Shown in pieces: positions 1-12,875 of a stretch of 64,000 nucleotides of DNA. A program made the translations under genes and the position numbers. The DNA comes from Sarea resinae (lineage: Eukaryota), in contig JAPEUD010000045.1 of the NCBI GenBank assembly GCA_026026165.1, forward strand, positions 62,001 to 126,000, read 5' to 3'. The notes below the pieces were generated by a model. It was not told the origin of the DNA and made no database searches. It was given only the letters and a program-made list of their open reading frames with translations. Each line of letters begins with the position of its first letter. Within the stretch, counting starts at the first letter, position 1.

Positions 1-438
1 TCGGCGACCGAAATTGTCGCTCAGCCTGGCAAAGATGATCAGAAAGGCTGTGGCGTAGTATCGCGGGACTTGGTCAGCAGAAAGCTTTAGCCTTCGAGTC
101 ATTGAACCGGTAACCGTACCGTTGTAGGTTACCAGATACATGGTGACCACCCAATTCGACCGTTCCAGATCCTGGAAGTGCGTGGCAATCTTCAGCAGAC
201 TCGTAGCGATGATGGTCGTCTCCAATGCGGAAAGGAACAGGGCCAGCGACATCCTAAGCCGTCATTGCACGACCTAGACATGACAGACGTGGAGAGCAGA
301 AACCAACCCTAAAACGGCAATATGCAGTCGCAGACCATAGACCACAAGCGGCCCGTCTCGAAAACCTTCTTCTGTGTCGGTTGAAGGGCGACGGTCAGGG
401 CTCTCAGCCGCCGCGGCTGGACGCTCAGGCAACTCCAT
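1..438 (-). CDS. MFS multidrug/toxin efflux transporter (DHA2-like), 5' part; runs off the window edge
   Basis: Manual splicing from ATG 438 gives MELPERP...LRLHIAVLG | MSLALFLSALETTIIATSLLKIATHFQDLERSNWVVTMYLVTYN | AFLIIFARLSDNFGRR. This has two GT-AG introns, the DHA2 TM1 pattern and MFS motif A (RLSDxFGRR). Confidence 0.85.
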
Positions 439-1648
439 GCTGGGGGGCTGCGGGTGGCCGTTGTAAGTTGCTGGTTGTGGTTTGAGGGTATCGTACCACT
501 GGAGTATACGATGATGATTGTTCGTTCTTCGAGCTGGCCGCTCTCTTTTTCATAGGAGACTCTTTCTCTCCGACCAGGCTCTTACTGGCATTGCACAAGG
601 AGGTCCCATCTTTCGCGCTCTTGGATTCCATCGTCATGCATTGACCCCCGTCGACTCACTGGCGGCACCGAAGTGCTGCGGGCTGTCGTGTCAACTGTCG
701 TCCAAAGCACAGATAAGCGTTGGTGTGCAGGGTAGGGACCGGCGCAGGGACCAGGGCAGGAAGTCGGCTACAAGCTACAGCTCTATTGCCTGTCGCCCTG
801 TACTATGATAAGACGCCAAATATAAGCTTACTTTGGCTAGCATGTAGCGGGCGCGGATCAATGAGACGAGACAGGCATCGCTGTTGGCTCGTGCACGTTG
901 TCAACACACGTGGCGAGTATGGGGAATCGCTACTAACCCCCACGGGGCAATGCGCATTAGCACGGCAGGGATGGTAGGGGATACAAGTTCAACCATCACC
1001 AACATCTCACTCGCCGTCAACCCCAAGCCACTCGAGTCGACATCCTTCTCAAAACAGCTGAGCTCTATGTCATCTCACACGCCTCCCACAGGGGAACAAC
1101 GTCTCGTTGCGTATGAAGCTTCTGGTGGCGTTAGGATCCGCGTAAGGTTTGAAAAGCGCTTCTCCCCCGTGTCGTGCATCCTGCATCCTGCATCCTGTAT
1201 CCCGTATCCAGTAGCCAGTACCCAGTGTCCTGTGTCCCGCTGGAGCGAAACGCGCGTTCGCGCCTTATCGAGATCGAATGTTCGTCGTACACCGTATACT
1301 CATTCTTGCGATTGAGGAGATATCGGCCATGCGGAGACTGAAGCTTTGGGGTGTCGATAATGCGGACGGCCTGCAGATGTCGTATGCAACCTCCTACCAC
1401 GACACTGGATGGCGGGAAATGGCCTGACCCAAGCGCATAGGGTCACTGTAGCATAGAGCAGTGCAAATGCCACTCGGCCACGGTCAGATATCATGGAGTT
1501 GTCCTAGCTGCCGTACTTTCCCCCTTTGCTCAGTTGACTTGACAAGTTAAGCACAATCCAAGAGTAGTCGTACACGCCAGTCAGTCAGTCGCTTCGACGA
1601 TCTCTTTTCCTTTTTTCTTCCATACTTATGCCTGATTGAACGGTGAAG

Positions 1649-3090
1649 ATGGCACATAACGCAATTGACGAAAAACCTCTCCGCGTTGCTGTCATCGGAG
1701 GAGGTCTGGCAGGGCTTATCCTGGGTCAAGCCCTAAGGACGAACCCTCGAATAAAGGTGACGGTCTACGAGAGGAACAAAGAGCCCGTTGACCGCCTGGA
1801 CGGATTCAGGATCATTGTTCCCGACGAGGTCATGGCCGCGATCAAGTCTGCCATCCCCGAGGACGTGGCCGAACACCTCAATCCCAGCATTGGGGCTCAG
1901 CATGCCGGCGGACAGCAGATGTACTTCATCACCGAGCTCGGCGATATCATCTTCTCGCATTGTCCCAAGCACGTATTGAAATCGGCGTCTGTCTCCCGTT
2001 GGAAGCTGCGAGAGGGGCTTCTCCACGGAATGGCGGGCTCGCTGGAGCTCGGGAAGCATTTCCAGCGATACGAAGAACGGGCTGATGGCATGGTCAGGGC
2101 CTTCTTCGCGGATCAGAGCTCCGTCGAATGTGACTTGCTGGTCGGCGCAGACGGATTGAGATCGCAGGTCAAGAAACAGCTGTATCCTCAGGCCAAAATA
2201 ACTCGCACTGGAGTTGCGGTGATGTACTTCAAAATCCCCCTTACGCCGGAAGTGGAGGAGCTCATTCCGTATGGCTCAGGTGGAATGGTGAGTGAACCTT
2301 CAAGACGACCCTGGCCATACGTGAGATGGCTAACAGCAAAGCAGGTACTAGGGCCCCATAACCATTCAATGGTGCTCCACACGTGGAAGAACCCACAGAA
2401 GTGGTGGTCCAGCACTACTGCCAAACAAGAGAAATTAGGTGTAAATGAGTCGTTCATGATGATCGGCTTCGGAGGGCCCCTCGCGAGCTTCATGAACAGG
2501 ACCAAGTTCCCCGAGGATTTCACCTCGGTGGAGCTCAAAGAAGAATGTCTCGCCAGAGTGAACAGCTACCCGGTCCACCCGAAACTCAAACGTCTGGCCG
2601 AGCTGTGCTTGACGGAGTCTGCGTATGTCAATGTCATTCGGGATTGCGAGGTCATCCGGCCGTGGAAATCCAAGTCAATCACACTCATTGGTGATGCACT
2701 CTTCAAGTATGTACTGCTGCCTGCCGTGTCCGGGTTCATACTAACTCGTCCAGCATGTCTCCAATGCTGGGCAAAGGAGCGACGTGCGCCATGCAAGATG
2801 CATTAGCTCTAGCTGAAGTGCTCAACCGCCCGTCGATCCTGGATGAGTCGACCCGGGAAGACACTCTGTATAAGACAACGACCCAGATCATCCAAAAAAG
2901 GCTCTATTGGCGAAGTCAAAGCCGCCGAGTGCATAACCTGATCTGGTTCAGTGCGAATCCGATTCTGCTCTGGTTCCGCAATACTAGCATGCGTGTCATC
3001 GATCACTCTCTTGACCTGTCTTTCATTACTTGGATCTTCTTGCTGGTCCTTCTCACAAGCTTTGCTGCTCTTGTGATGCGACTTTGGTGA
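1649..3090 (+). CDS. FAD-dependent monooxygenase (aromatic hydroxylase family) with C-terminal hydrophobic helix
   Basis: GGGLAG Rossmann motif, DLLVGADG motif, and ITLIGDA followed by MSPMLGKGATCAMQDA. Introns at ~2288-2344 and ~2707-2753 join ORFs 1643..2806 and 2755..3090. Confidence 0.9.
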
Positions 3091-3764
3091 TAATAAATCT
3101 TGTGACGTCCGTCTTCCACTTCTTCCAGCCTCTACAATTATTCTCATCTTAGGTAGTCAATTCAATGCCATCAATTCGTCATCACATTGCTAGTATCTTG
3201 TAGACGTCGTCCAGAAGATCCAGAAGATGCTGATCTGCGCGAATGCCCTCACCCACCGCTTCGGCAGTCCGAGCGTGCTACAACGACAGTCAGGAATGGC
3301 CATCAAGTCACTAGGATCATACTCACACCTTCGCCTGCTCATGCCTCTCGGATTCAACGCAATTCGTTGCTGGGCCTAGTCAGGAGGTATATGTCCCGTC
3401 TGGTAACATCTCCCCTCGGATGCGTCCCAAAGAAAGGAAGAGCTCAGTGCACCAAAGCAGTGGTCCGGCATAGAAAAGAAAGTCATACTATCTTACACAT
3501 ACTAAGGGAGACAATGAAACTTTATTGTTATTATCGTAGCAGCAATGACTTCATCGAAGTGGCGGCTAACTAAAAAGAGAGTCCTATTCATGGGCCAGTG
3601 ACCCCAACTAAACAGAGGAAAAGCCTGTGCGACAAGGTACCGAGACGGCCAGATGAGAAACCCAACAAGCGCTCGTTAAGAAACACGGTAAGAGAGCTCC
3701 CAAACGTTGCTTGTCGGGCATACATACAGCCAGCCCTTCAACAAGACAGGAACCCCGGAGTCTC

Positions 3765-5416
3765 CTATTCGATGACGTTGTCGGCCATTCTCTTCCAACC
3801 AATATCTTCGCGGAATAAATCCATCTCCTTTGATGTCAAGGTGATCTGAATATCCATCGTCTCGCCATCGGCCGAAGGGAGAGCAGTGATCACGCCAGGA
3901 GCATGGTCAGGCTGGATGGAGCGAATGGCCTGGGGTTTATGGTGAGGCACGCCGGGGATATACCACTGGAAACCCTCGCCAAAGCCTGAGAGGTTATTGA
4001 AGACGGCATTGGTATTAGTTGTGGGGTTGAAGTCAAGCTTTAGCTGGCGGATGTCGGCCATCGATTTACCCAGCTCGAGGCGCTGGCGGATGAAAGCATC
4101 ATCGACTTTCAAGATCTGTTGGCGAATCGCGAGCGCGACCTCTGCGAGGCACTTGAGACCCTGCGCATCCTGACCGGCGTAAGCGGCTCCGACAAGCGTG
4201 TGGACCTCGACAACAGCGGGAACAGTGATGATCGCGTTGCCGATATATGTCTTGTCGGTGAAGCTTGGTTGAATACGGTTGCGGAAGTCAAGGGGGATGA
4301 AGAGCTTGGAATACTTCGGGTGATTAGCGGGCTGAGCCTCGTAAGGGCAAAGGGGATCGGCTGGAGGCCAGCGAGCTTTTGTCATATGCGCCCAAGCGTA
4401 AGCGGCGATGCAGTCGTTGGTGGACGCAAATGCACCCATCGGAGCGAAAGTAACGAGGCTCTTGCGAATGTATTCCTTGAGACTCGGTATCAGCCAGAGA
4501 GGCATCTGAAAGATGCAGGTCGTCAGGTCCGGCATGATCATCTTTGAAATGGCAATGGAAACTCCTTCCTTCACAATCACGCGTTCGTCGCATTTCTTGA
4601 CCAACTTCTCCGGGTTCCTCAGCTTAAGAGAGGCTTCAAATTCGTCGATGCGTAGAGGGGCCGAAATGATCTCTATATCGAAGTTCTGAAGGAGGCAGAA
4701 TGAAAAGAACTGTACGATTTTTCGAAGCCAGTACCCATCGCCAACGGCATGGTGAAGGCAAAAGGAGAGCAGCAAACCACCATCGATGAAGTTCTTTTGC
4801 ATTCCAAAGACTGGGGACTGATCCTCAGCTGAGGGCGCATCTGGAAATGGTGACAGAATGGCCTTGTCAAACGCAGCTGGCGGGAACTGCTTGTCCTGAA
4901 GCTCCTTGTAGGTGAACGGAAATCCCTCTGAGCTCAGGTGGCGTGTACGGCACGGTATACTATGATCCGTCAGTACGACATCTACCAATTCTTCGTTTTC
5001 ACTTACGTCAAAGGCTCTCTCTTGCGGAGGCGGAGAACCAGGCGACCATTGCTTGGCTGAGCTGGGTCCAGGGAAACAGTACCAGCAAGAACATTCATCC
5101 GGGTGAGGAGACGCGCAAGGGCGTAGTCAAGGACGTCTTGTGCATCCACTTTTGCCTCGTTGTTGATTTGGAAGCACAAGGTGACGCCCATGTAGTGGCG
5201 TGGAGCCAAGGCATTGTCGGCAGTGGATAGCTCAACATACTTGTACTCAGGGACTTCACCCATGGTCGTTGAGTCAAATGAGTAGTGGAAAGATGAAGGC
5301 TCGAGTATGGAATGAATCTTGGATTTAAGACGAATGAGCCGTTCTTGAATCGACTTCTTGAGATGAAGACGATCGAGTCGTTCTCGGATCAACTTAGCCT
5401 TCTTATAGAGGGCCAT
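3765..5416 (-). CDS. Transferase-family (HxxxD) O-acyltransferase, Tri101-like
   Basis: Catalytic HHAVGDG motif, plus PLDFRNR and YIGNA motifs. A 47-nt intron at 4960-5006 (GTAAGT..CTGAC..TAG) joins ORFs 5003..5554 and 3765..4988 in frame. Start is ATG 5416, or possibly ~5263. Confidence 0.8.
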
Positions 5417-6611
5417 TTTGGCGGTGGAAAAGGTACTGATCGGATTGAGTGAGAAAGTGAGTGACGGTGGTGACGGTGGAGGTGACGGTGGAGGTGACGG
5501 TGGAGGTGAGGAAGTGAAAAGGAAAGAGGGAAAGAGGTGCTGAAACTGCTGCAAAAGGGTGAATGGCAGACCTCCGTTTTATTGCCGCTTCACAAAGAGG
5601 AACAAAGTCGCCGTCGTGAAACCATGATTCACCAGCTGATCTGCATATTTGCAAAGACTGGCTTTACACCAACTAGGGAATCTCAGCTTCGTTTGAGCGA
5701 CCCATATATTTGCTACACTTTGGTATTTTGAACCGGATCCTACTCCTAGTCGAAGACCCAGATTCTCCGCCGCAATTATCGGTTCGGCCCAGCGATAAGA
5801 CGTCAAGATAACCGTCAGTGTGAAAGATTTCTCTCCTTCTGCTTTTCTTCGCCGACTCTGATTCCAGGCCGACGGTGGTAATTCGCCAAGCTTCGAATGA
5901 CGGCTCTTTCTTGCCCCTGGAAGGCTTCATCAGGCCAGCCCCTTACTCAATGCCCTCTCGCTCAGCTAATACCGCCAGTGCGATACAACTGAGGGTACTG
6001 CGGAAGCTGGAGCCTAGCCCATTGCCACCATGCCAATGGCCATGTTGGAGTGGCCCTGTCTGCATACCTTAGATGTATCCCGGATATAATGAGATATTGA
6101 CAATATCAGGAAGCCCGTTCGCCAGCCAACAGGTCCGGCATCCCAAAGGGAAAGAAAGTTGAGAAAAAAGATCTGGTGAAAGGAGACCAAACAATTTGTA
6201 TCAAGAAAACGAGTTATCTTTCCTGAAGGCTCAGCAGGGATTTTTGGGGACTCTGCAATGTGAGCTCCTTTTCTCAACGTCACAAAGAAATGGGGTCGAA
6301 GCTACCTCATTAGAGAAGTTGTGGATCTGTGGCCATCATAAGCGCCTAACCAATCTAATTTGAATCGAACTTAGTCACAAAGCATTTCAAGCTTAATCGT
6401 GCGAGTGTTGCTAATTGCTACTGTGTAGCTGAAAAATATATCGTTGTGGAATCGTAATATAAGTTCGTACGGCCCTTCACCTATAAGGCCCTTGGAACCT
6501 TTATGACCAGTAATCGAATAGCACCAGCCTTTCGGCGATTGATAGGCTTCCTCGAGTTTTCTCCCCCGAATGCCATGCCACAGCGCCTCCAGGCCTTGAA
6601 ACAACAGCTCG

Positions 6612-7868
6612 TCAAAGCAAATGCCAAAACCGGACAGCATTATCCGCATCAAGACAGATTACCAGCCTTCTTGAATTGCACCAAAGAGCTTGTTGCATAG
6701 CATGAGGACGGTCTTGAACTCTCCGATGCTGCTCTTTCGAAGGTGCGAAGCGCCATTTCTTGTTTTCCTTCACGTCATATAGCTCTATTCCAAAGTCCCT
6801 TCCGGCAAAGAAGAGGATCTTCTTTCCGTTATCAATCCATTCGATGCTTTGGGTCTCTGTCAAGAGCTCTTCCCTGGCACCTTCGACTCTTCGACGTCGC
6901 TCTTGCACGACATCCCTTGTCTGGGCATTTCGGATACTGACCAGTCCACTCATGCCCCCAAAGGCAACGTGGCTACCGTCTGGGCTCCACGACACGCTTC
7001 TTACCCATCCGCCACCAACACTGTGAAATAGAACATGCTCCGTTCCGGTCTCGACCTCCCAAATGCAGAGGCGACTTCCTGTGCCATGAGCAATAAAATG
7101 GCCGTTCGGTGAAAACGCCGCTCCCCAATTTTGCCAGTTCGACGGGCCAAGTGAATGAAGCAGGTTGCCAGTAGCTGAGCTCCAAAGCTTCAGCGTTTTA
7201 TCAAAGGACGAACTGGCAATGATTTCATCATTGGGGCTGAAGCCTGCCCACACGATGCTTTTTGTGTGTCCTTCGAGACGCATGCGTCGCTTGGAAATGC
7301 TTGTATTCCATACATCGACAGCATACGTAGCTGAGTCAGTCTTGGGAGAATGGGGAAAGTCTGCAAAGGACAAAAGAATGTCATCCCCCGAGTGACTGAA
7401 TGCTTTCGAGCCGAATGCAAAAGAAGCACCTTCGATGACGAACTCATGGCCATTCTCTTCTCGGCGGCCGGCTCCATCCAGCTCCCAGAGCATGGCCTGT
7501 GGTGCGGCCTTTTCGGTTCGCTGTTGAGAGCCGGATAGAACCCAGTAGTTGCCTGGATTCTTTTGACCGGGTCGCCATTCCAGCGATGTGTACTTGTCCG
7601 CGGGCGCTTTCAAAACCTGACGAAGAGAATAATCGTCGACGGAGTAAATGTTGACTGCTTCCCGGGTACGGACAGCCAGAAGACGTTCATCCGGACTGAG
7701 GCATGCTGAGCTGACGGCGCTGTCATGTGGAATGAGATGATCCTCTGCACCCCAATGGGCCGGATGGTCATCAGCCCATTGGGCGATGACCCCTTCTCGG
7801 GAAAAGTCTTTCTCAACTTCAAAGGGGATCCATTTGTCCCCCCGATCTTCGTGACTTATTTCACTCAT
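6612..7868 (-). CDS. WD40-repeat protein
   Basis: Intronless 418-aa ORF with clear WD repeats (LEGHTKSIVWAGFSPNDEIIASSSFDKTLKLW; VRSVSWSPDG; DNAVRFW). Confidence 0.85.
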   Translation of the reverse strand: MSEISHEDRGDKWIPFEVEKDFSREGVIAQWADDHPAHWGAEDHLIPHDSAVSSACLSPDERLLAVRTREAVNIYSVDDYSLRQVLKAPADKYTSLEWRPGQKNPGNYWVLSGSQQRTEKAAPQAMLWELDGAGRREENGHEFVIEGASFAFGSKAFSHSGDDILLSFADFPHSPKTDSATYAVDVWNTSISKRRMRLEGHTKSIVWAGFSPNDEIIASSSFDKTLKLWSSATGNLLHSLGPSNWQNWGAAFSPNGHFIAHGTGSRLCIWEVETGTEHVLFHSVGGGWVRSVSWSPDGSHVAFGGMSGLVSIRNAQTRDVVQERRRRVEGAREELLTETQSIEWIDNGKKILFFAGRDFGIELYDVKENKKWRFAPSKEQHRRVQDRPHAMQQALWCNSRRLVICLDADNAVRFWHLL

Positions 7869-8522
7869 GTCTTTGCGCCAAAAAGTTATGTTTTAAGAAG
7901 GGTAAGGTGGGGAAGCCAAGAATTAGGTTCTTTGGGACTGTCGATGGACCAACCGGTGGGAATCGGGTGGCTTTAATACTCCCCGTCTCAACGTGTGACG
8001 CCCACATGGATCATCATCCATGCCCCTACGCGTACCACGGGCCTTTGACACACATATCGTAGTAAGCCCTTGCTTGTACTTGGACAGATCCCGTGTTGAG
8101 GCGGTGCATCATCCATGTTAGAATTTGCCTTGCGGAGTAGATGCTCGCGCCTAATGCATCTACTACAGACAATTCCATGTAACCAATCGAGGCAAGTTCC
8201 GGCATCTGCCTAGTGCCTGCTCTACTCACTGATCCCCGGATCGTAATAGAACATACCTTAGGGTGGGATGGGTCGATGATGATAACTACCTTATTCGAGA
8301 GCGTATCTATCGTTCACAAGAGCGCAGGAAGGTTCTTCACGGAAAGATTCAATCTTTCTTGCTACTCGGTACAACAGTAGCTGGTAGTCCCAGTCTTGCC
8401 ATGACTGAATCACACGACATGGTCATCTATCAACGAGCCATGTACACTGTTCCTCTTCTGATTCAAGATTGTCCAATTGTTAACACCCTTTGACCAAGAC
8501 TTGGCAATGAAAAGTATGCCGA

Positions 8523-9107
8523 TCAAGACCCCGACCTTCTAATGGTGCCGTATAGTTTCCCATAAGCCACAGCATAGTCTCGCTTCTCCTCGTGGCTCTC
8601 GAAACCCTGAAGGATGTGGGCGTTGGGCGCATCTTTGCGCATGCCGTAGACGGTCCCGTTGACAAGGAATGCGTAGGCGTTCGGTTTCATGCACTCACGA
8701 ACTTGCTGGCGCTTGACTCTACTGGAAGTCGAGTCCGTCACTTGTCCAGCTTGGACAGAAGCCTCAAGAGTGCCCTCAGCGCAGACATATTCGTTAATAT
8801 CAGCATTCATGGCTACCCGAGTCACCGCAACTCCGCATGGGTCGCTGTTCTGGGTCGAATATGCTTGATCATAGAAGCCGTCTTGCTGAGGAGTATCTGC
8901 GCCCCATCGCGCCGCGACGGAACAGCCGGCGACTTGGTTATCTCCGCAGCAAGTATTCACATCGGCACTGTCGCACACTGCATCACTCCCATCCTCAAAC
9001 GTGGCAACATTTCCTTCGCAACTGCAATCCTCAAAAATAAGGATGTCGACAGCGAATGCAGTTGTGGTCAATGCCAGAAGACAAGCGAAGGGTAGAAGCT
9101 TCACCAT
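8523..9107 (-). CDS. Secreted cysteine-rich protein of unknown function
   Basis: 194-aa ORF with signal peptide MVKLLPFACLLALTTTAFA, 9 Cys in the mature part and an internal KR dibasic site. Confidence 0.75.
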   Translation of the reverse strand: MVKLLPFACLLALTTTAFAVDILIFEDCSCEGNVATFEDGSDAVCDSADVNTCCGDNQVAGCSVAARWGADTPQQDGFYDQAYSTQNSDPCGVAVTRVAMNADINEYVCAEGTLEASVQAGQVTDSTSSRVKRQQVRECMKPNAYAFLVNGTVYGMRKDAPNAHILQGFESHEEKRDYAVAYGKLYGTIRRSGS

Positions 9108-10412
9108 GTTGGTGCTGATTTGGAAGATGATATGTCAGTATAGAGAGCTTCATGGTCCTAGGCCATTGAGGACTAGTATCACTCACCTGTATGATGGAAT
9201 AGCTGATAATCGCTGGGCTTTTTTGACTGAGCTTGGCCGTGGTTGAATGATAGAATTGCCCGGTGAGAGTCGAGGTGAAACTCTAGCTATTTATCAGCGC
9301 CCACACCGGAAGTTAAAGTCCAGCTCCATTGACGTCCCGTCTCTTCTACAGTTGGATAACTCTAGGGTCAAGCATCTCTGTCTGGGAACCTTCATCGTCT
9401 CGCATGTTGCACATACAGGTTCCCCTGTTCGAAATGCAATCATCTTCCCATTCTGCGTTCCGTGTCCTGCAGATGTCGTCCGAAGATATTCGGAGACATT
9501 ACTGTTTTCGCGCAAATTGCTCATGCGAAGCAGTCCAACGCTATGCTGAGCTTGGTCTTCCTGTATGGGAGAGTTCTCTTCAATTCCTCCGACTGATGTC
9601 AGCTTTTGCCCTGGGCCTCCATGTTCCTTGTTCCGATATGCAGGTTTTGTGGGCCGTTGTGGCATTTGAAAGCCTCACAACCGCCCAGAGGAGTTTTTCC
9701 AAATTGCCGACAGGCAATCAGCAGGTTATCTCCCAGGATTTGAGCTCGTGGTGTCCATTGAACTCATCGCATCCAACCGCCAAGTACATTCCAACATCTA
9801 TTCAATAGGCTCAGCTTCCGCAAACACTTGGCATTCTAGTGATGAAACGGAAAGGTCATCTATCGGACTAGATCATCACCGGCGTCCGGAGTTGCCATGC
9901 TTTGTCGAACCTGGGCATGCATCATGTAGAGTATGTGCATACATAGCCATCCTGTCCTGTATACAGCGGCTACAGCGGCAGGGTCGGGTCAACAGAGATA
10001 AGAGCAGATGTTGGTAGGCTAGAAATCGCATTCATAAATTGCCGGGTGTTCTGTGGTCTACCTAGTCCAACATGTCTGAGGATCATGATGTCAGGCAGCC
10101 GTGAAGTTGCAATGCAGCTTACTAGAGCGTAATACGGCACAAAGTTGCAAAGAAAACTTTCTGCAGCTGTTCTTCGCTACTGTGGCATGACATAGGCTAT
10201 TTGAGCTTTGGAAGCAGACGGTTAATCAGATCCCTCCTTGAAGTCAAGGCCGCCAGTCGGAGAACATAGATGCCAGCTTCATCGTTGATGCTTAAAAAGA
10301 CTGTTTCCTCTACTAAGGGTTCCCGCTTCTTCTCAACATCTTCAATTGATAACAACGAGCGCCCAGAACAACAGACATCACCAGTCACTGCCGAATCCGC
10401 TCACCTTGAACA

Positions 10413-10689
10413 ATGAAGTCCAGCACCGTCTTCGTAGCGCTTATGATGGCTGTTACAGCCTCTGCCAGCGCGCTCTTCGGACCCTGTGCGTCCGACTTTC
10501 CAAACAGCTGCCCGACTCATAGCAATTGCGAGTCCAACGATGAGAGCTGTTCTTGCGTGAGTACTCCTGTGGGCGTACGTTCCGCACGAGGAAAGTCTTT
10601 GATCTAACAGAGAACCACAGTCGGGTATTTCCAGTCCACCAGATAGCTATCTGTGCGACGAGGATGGGATAACCTATTGCTGCTACTAA
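10413..10689 (+). CDS. Small secreted 70-aa, 8-cysteine peptide (2 exons)
   Basis: Signal peptide MKSSTVFVALMMAVTASASA. Intron 10557-10620 (GTGAGT..CTAAC..CAG). Exon 2 encodes SGISSPPDSYLCDEDGITYCCY*. A TATA-like CTTAAAAA lies ~120 nt upstream. Confidence 0.75.
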
Positions 10690-12875
10690 ATCGCTTTCTG
10701 TTCAACCCTCGTTGGTAGTTGTAAGTCACACTGATCAGCCCGGTCGGACTTCTTAATATTGACTGATGTTCCAGTGAGAAACTGGCGAGGTTTGCAAGGG
10801 TTCAGAGAGGGCGAGAGAGCGAGGTCGGGCCTTATTGGAGAGGGGTAGATGCTTGGCTAGAGATCGGCATTGAGACTAGAAACCAATTACAATCCATTAT
10901 CCGAGAGGAGATCTAGTCGGCCCTACCTGTCATATCCTTATAGCCAATCTCCATCTTTTTGCATAGCACATCAATGGCAATCTGAGAAAGTTGTCATGGA
11001 GATTGCCTACTCGAGTGCAAGGGGTAGAATGTGTTACGTACTGCGAAAAGTCAGCATCCGAGATAGCTCTGGCCCAAATTCCGGGGCCGAGATATGGATC
11101 TATGTCAGGGTTCCTAATTCGGCCTGTTCGTGAGAGCTATGTCGCTGCCTCGTCCGGTGTTGGTCCAAACCGGTCAGGGGTAAGGATGAATCCAGCCCAG
11201 CCAACACACACACTCTCTCTCTCTCTTTGCTTGTCGAGCTTTAGGATACCGACCCAAATGGAGCACGCCAAGATCGGGGTGGCGACGGCAACGTCAAGCC
11301 TCCAATGCAGGACCATCTGCCGAGCATTCAGTTGGATGTAAGCGTAAGGCCGTAAGCCCCCGCACGGCGCGGTCCGCCACGTTCTACAACAAGCGTCGTG
11401 CGTCCGAGATGATCGGCGGCTAAGGTACGACATCCCTGGATGGGATAAGGTACATTTGCAGATACGGTTGCGCCACTAAACGCCTCGAGATTTGTGACTA
11501 TTCAGTTATGTTCCACTTCTCCAACAGAAGCTCAGAACATCCATCCGTCGAATAATAAGCATCGAAGGAAGAAGTCAATTTGGTCGACGATCGTCCTGAT
11601 CGTTTCAGCCTGATCTGTCATCCGGGATCAAGATATACAGAACAACTCCGAAGTATCGCCTCGTGAAAGACCAGACGCGCAGTGAAACTCGGGGACGTGC
11701 TTGGGATCCCGCCGTATCCGCGCCGCCTGCGACTGCAGCAACTATGATCATACCAACACTCGCACCAGAGACCCTCGTAAACATGAATGTAACCGTCAGG
11801 ATAGACGGTATGCTACCCCCGCATTTGAAAGCCGCGGTCTTTCATGCCGCATTAGGATGACTACCCGTGCAAAAGATCAGCCGTTGGAGAGCTGGACGGG
11901 CAAATCCCCCATCATCTTACCTACTGCGCAATCGGAACCCGAGGACAATCAGTCGAGGCAGGAGGAGTTTGGCAGGAGGACCGGGACAGTGTGCCCTGCC
12001 GTCCCGGTTGCAAGGGCCAAGGATACAGCTACAGGTACCATACAACCAGCACGTCCCACGTGGCACACCCCCCAATCCAACCGGTACCTTGTCTTCAATG
12101 TCAACCATCTCCGCGTTCTAGATTTCTAGAGGCAGAAACAGTTTTTTCGTACGGTCTACAGAACCCCGGTTCCTCGGCTTGATCTCTCGCTGTTGCAACT
12201 GGCATGGATGCTCGAGGCAATCTCTATATGGCCACTTCTATGTATGGTGTTGGCTTTTTATTCTTCTCATTTTTCTCGGCGCTCGTTTCGTATCTAACCA
12301 ACGATAATCATCCATGGCCTTTCACACGGGAAAAACATGACGTCAAAGTTCCTTGCTCCTTGAGATGCACCATGCTTAGTCTCTATCAGTCGTCATAAGG
12401 GTACTACGGACTGACCCGCAGCCGAGCTTCCTAATACCCACTTGAGCTGGATTACAAACATGCTGGTTACTCAGAAATGGCAATGTACAAAGTTTCTGCG
12501 TGCAACGGCGTCCATCAGTTGATCCTCAAACGACTGTGAGAAGTGAGTAACTGCTGTCTTTTTTTTTCGGTAGCACGGTAGGACTCAATGGTATTGAGAA
12601 ATTAATCCTCTTCTACAGGCGCAAAGAAGTATTGATTCGCCAGACGCAAGTCCACAGCCTTACCGATATACTTCAGTTCAAGGGGACCACCTGAAGAACG
12701 GGTTAGATGAACACTCAGCTGCTGGACAGATAGACTGTGTTCAGTTGGTAGGCCCAGGGTGAGAGATAAGGAAACCATTAGATAGTATAGTATTAAATAG
12801 ACCCTATGGCTCGGCGAACAGGCTGACAAGCCAAAAGCCAAAAAGATAGAAACTCCGAATCAACGCTATCAAATT

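Noticed and set aside
4960..5006. Apparent frameshift/stop splitting the acyltransferase
   Set aside because: Explained by a canonical 47-nt intron; not a pseudogene.
5417..5554. (SPPP)n N-terminal extension from ORF 5003..5554
   Set aside because: Non-ATG start running through a 12-bp repeat in a CT-rich 5' leader; likely UTR.
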